Shown here one piece after another: positions 45,547 through 45,962 of a DNA stretch of 45,962 nucleotides. The first letter of the stretch is position 1. Each line of letters opens with the position of its first letter. This DNA comes from an uncultured Candidatus Peribacteria bacterium. GTDB lineage: Bacteria > Patescibacteriota > Gracilibacteria > UBA1369 > LOWO2-01-FULL-3. A program made the position numbers and the translations under genes. The stretch is taken from positions 13,260 through 59,221 of the forward strand of contig CAZVOZ010000002.1 of the NCBI GenBank assembly GCA_964629065.1. The letters run 5' to 3'. The notes under the pieces are model-generated. The model worked only from the letters and a program-made list of their open reading frames with translations, had not been told where the DNA came from and ran no database searches.

Positions 45547-45962
45547 TTACCAATTCGTATGAAAACTGCCTTTTTTGTCGGTGCGTTCGTAAGTGTGCGC
45601 ACCGAAGAAGTCGCGGAGGCCTTGGATGAGATTTGCCGGTGAATTTTCGGAAGTGATTGCTTTGAAATAATTGAGGCTTGCGGAGTAGGCTGGGGTGGAG
45701 ACTTCTGAGAGGCTGGTTTGGGCGAGGAGTTTTTGAAGTGATGTGGGGTTGATTTTTAGTGATTTGATGGCGAAAAGGTGTGGTGGGTTTTTGGCAGATT
45801 TTTTGTAGGCTTGGTGGAGAGTTTTGAGAATGTCCGCGCGAATGATGCAGCCGCCTTGCCAGATGCGAGCGATTTCGCTGAGGTTGATTTGCCAATTTTG
45901 TTCTGCCGCGGCTTTTTTGATTAGTTCGAAACCTTGGGCGTAGCTGATTAAGATTGCGGTAT
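45547..45962 (-). CDS. gnd: 6-phosphogluconate dehydrogenase, C-terminal part (partial, 5' end beyond window)
   Basis: Not in the ORF track because it has no in-window start. My hand translation of the minus strand gives ...SYAQGFELIKKAAAEQNWQINLSEIARIWQGGCIIRADIL...PAYSASLNYF...PANLIQGLRDFFGAHTYERTDKKGSFHTNW*, with the stop TAA at 45547-45549. Confidence 0.85.
   Translation of the reverse strand, partial: TAILISYAQGFELIKKAAAEQNWQINLSEIARIWQGGCIIRADILKTLHQAYKKSAKNPPHLFAIKSLKINPTSLQKLLAQTSLSEVSTPAYSASLNYFKAITSENSPANLIQGLRDFFGAHTYERTDKKGSFHTNW

Overview
This is a compact, gene-dense bacterial chromosome segment with almost no non-coding DNA. Its core is an uninterrupted block of about 28.4 kb (5752-34174) of transcription and translation genes, all on the minus strand: rpoB-ssb-rpoC-rpsL-rpsG-fusA-tuf-rpsJ-rplC-rplD-rplW-rplB-rpsS-rplV-rpsC-rplP-rpmC-rpsQ-rplN-rplX-rplE-rpsN-rpsH-rplF-rplR-rpsE-rplO-secY-adk-map-infA-rpmJ-rpsM-rpsK-rpsD-rpoA-rplQ-rplM-rpsI. 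The left flank holds rsmA, a DUF167 protein, a catalytically dead P-type-ATPase-like membrane protein, trmD and an intact P-type ATPase. The right flank holds a MacB/FtsX-type ABC transporter pair, serS, a secreted SLH-domain protein, efp-epmA, a 561-aa orphan protein, pgl-zwf, aroC, a small membrane protein and the 3' end of gnd. I saw no rRNA, tRNA, CRISPR array, transposase, integrase or recognisable defence gene, and I did not find a clear-cut novel multi-gene system. The main candidates for follow-up are: (1) ssb wedged inside the rpoB-rpoC operon; (2) a repeated cassette of 7-nt (heptad) repeats combining terminator and promoter in front of both rpoB and fusA; (3) a structured S10 leader with an attenuator-like hairpin, plus an unusually long rpsJ-rplC spacer carrying a promoter; (4) an L36 with a roughly 19-aa basic insertion, and absence of L30; (5) strong G+T enrichment of the + strand regardless of gene orientation, which places the whole translation block on the A+C-rich strand; (6) near absence of Shine-Dalgarno motifs, with a recurring AACCYTAA motif upstream of starts instead; (7) a degenerate P-type ATPase paralogue. 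The organisation (no L30, tiny spacers, overlapping convergent stop codons) is compatible with a reduced-genome, CPR/Patescibacteria-like bacterium, but that is inference only.
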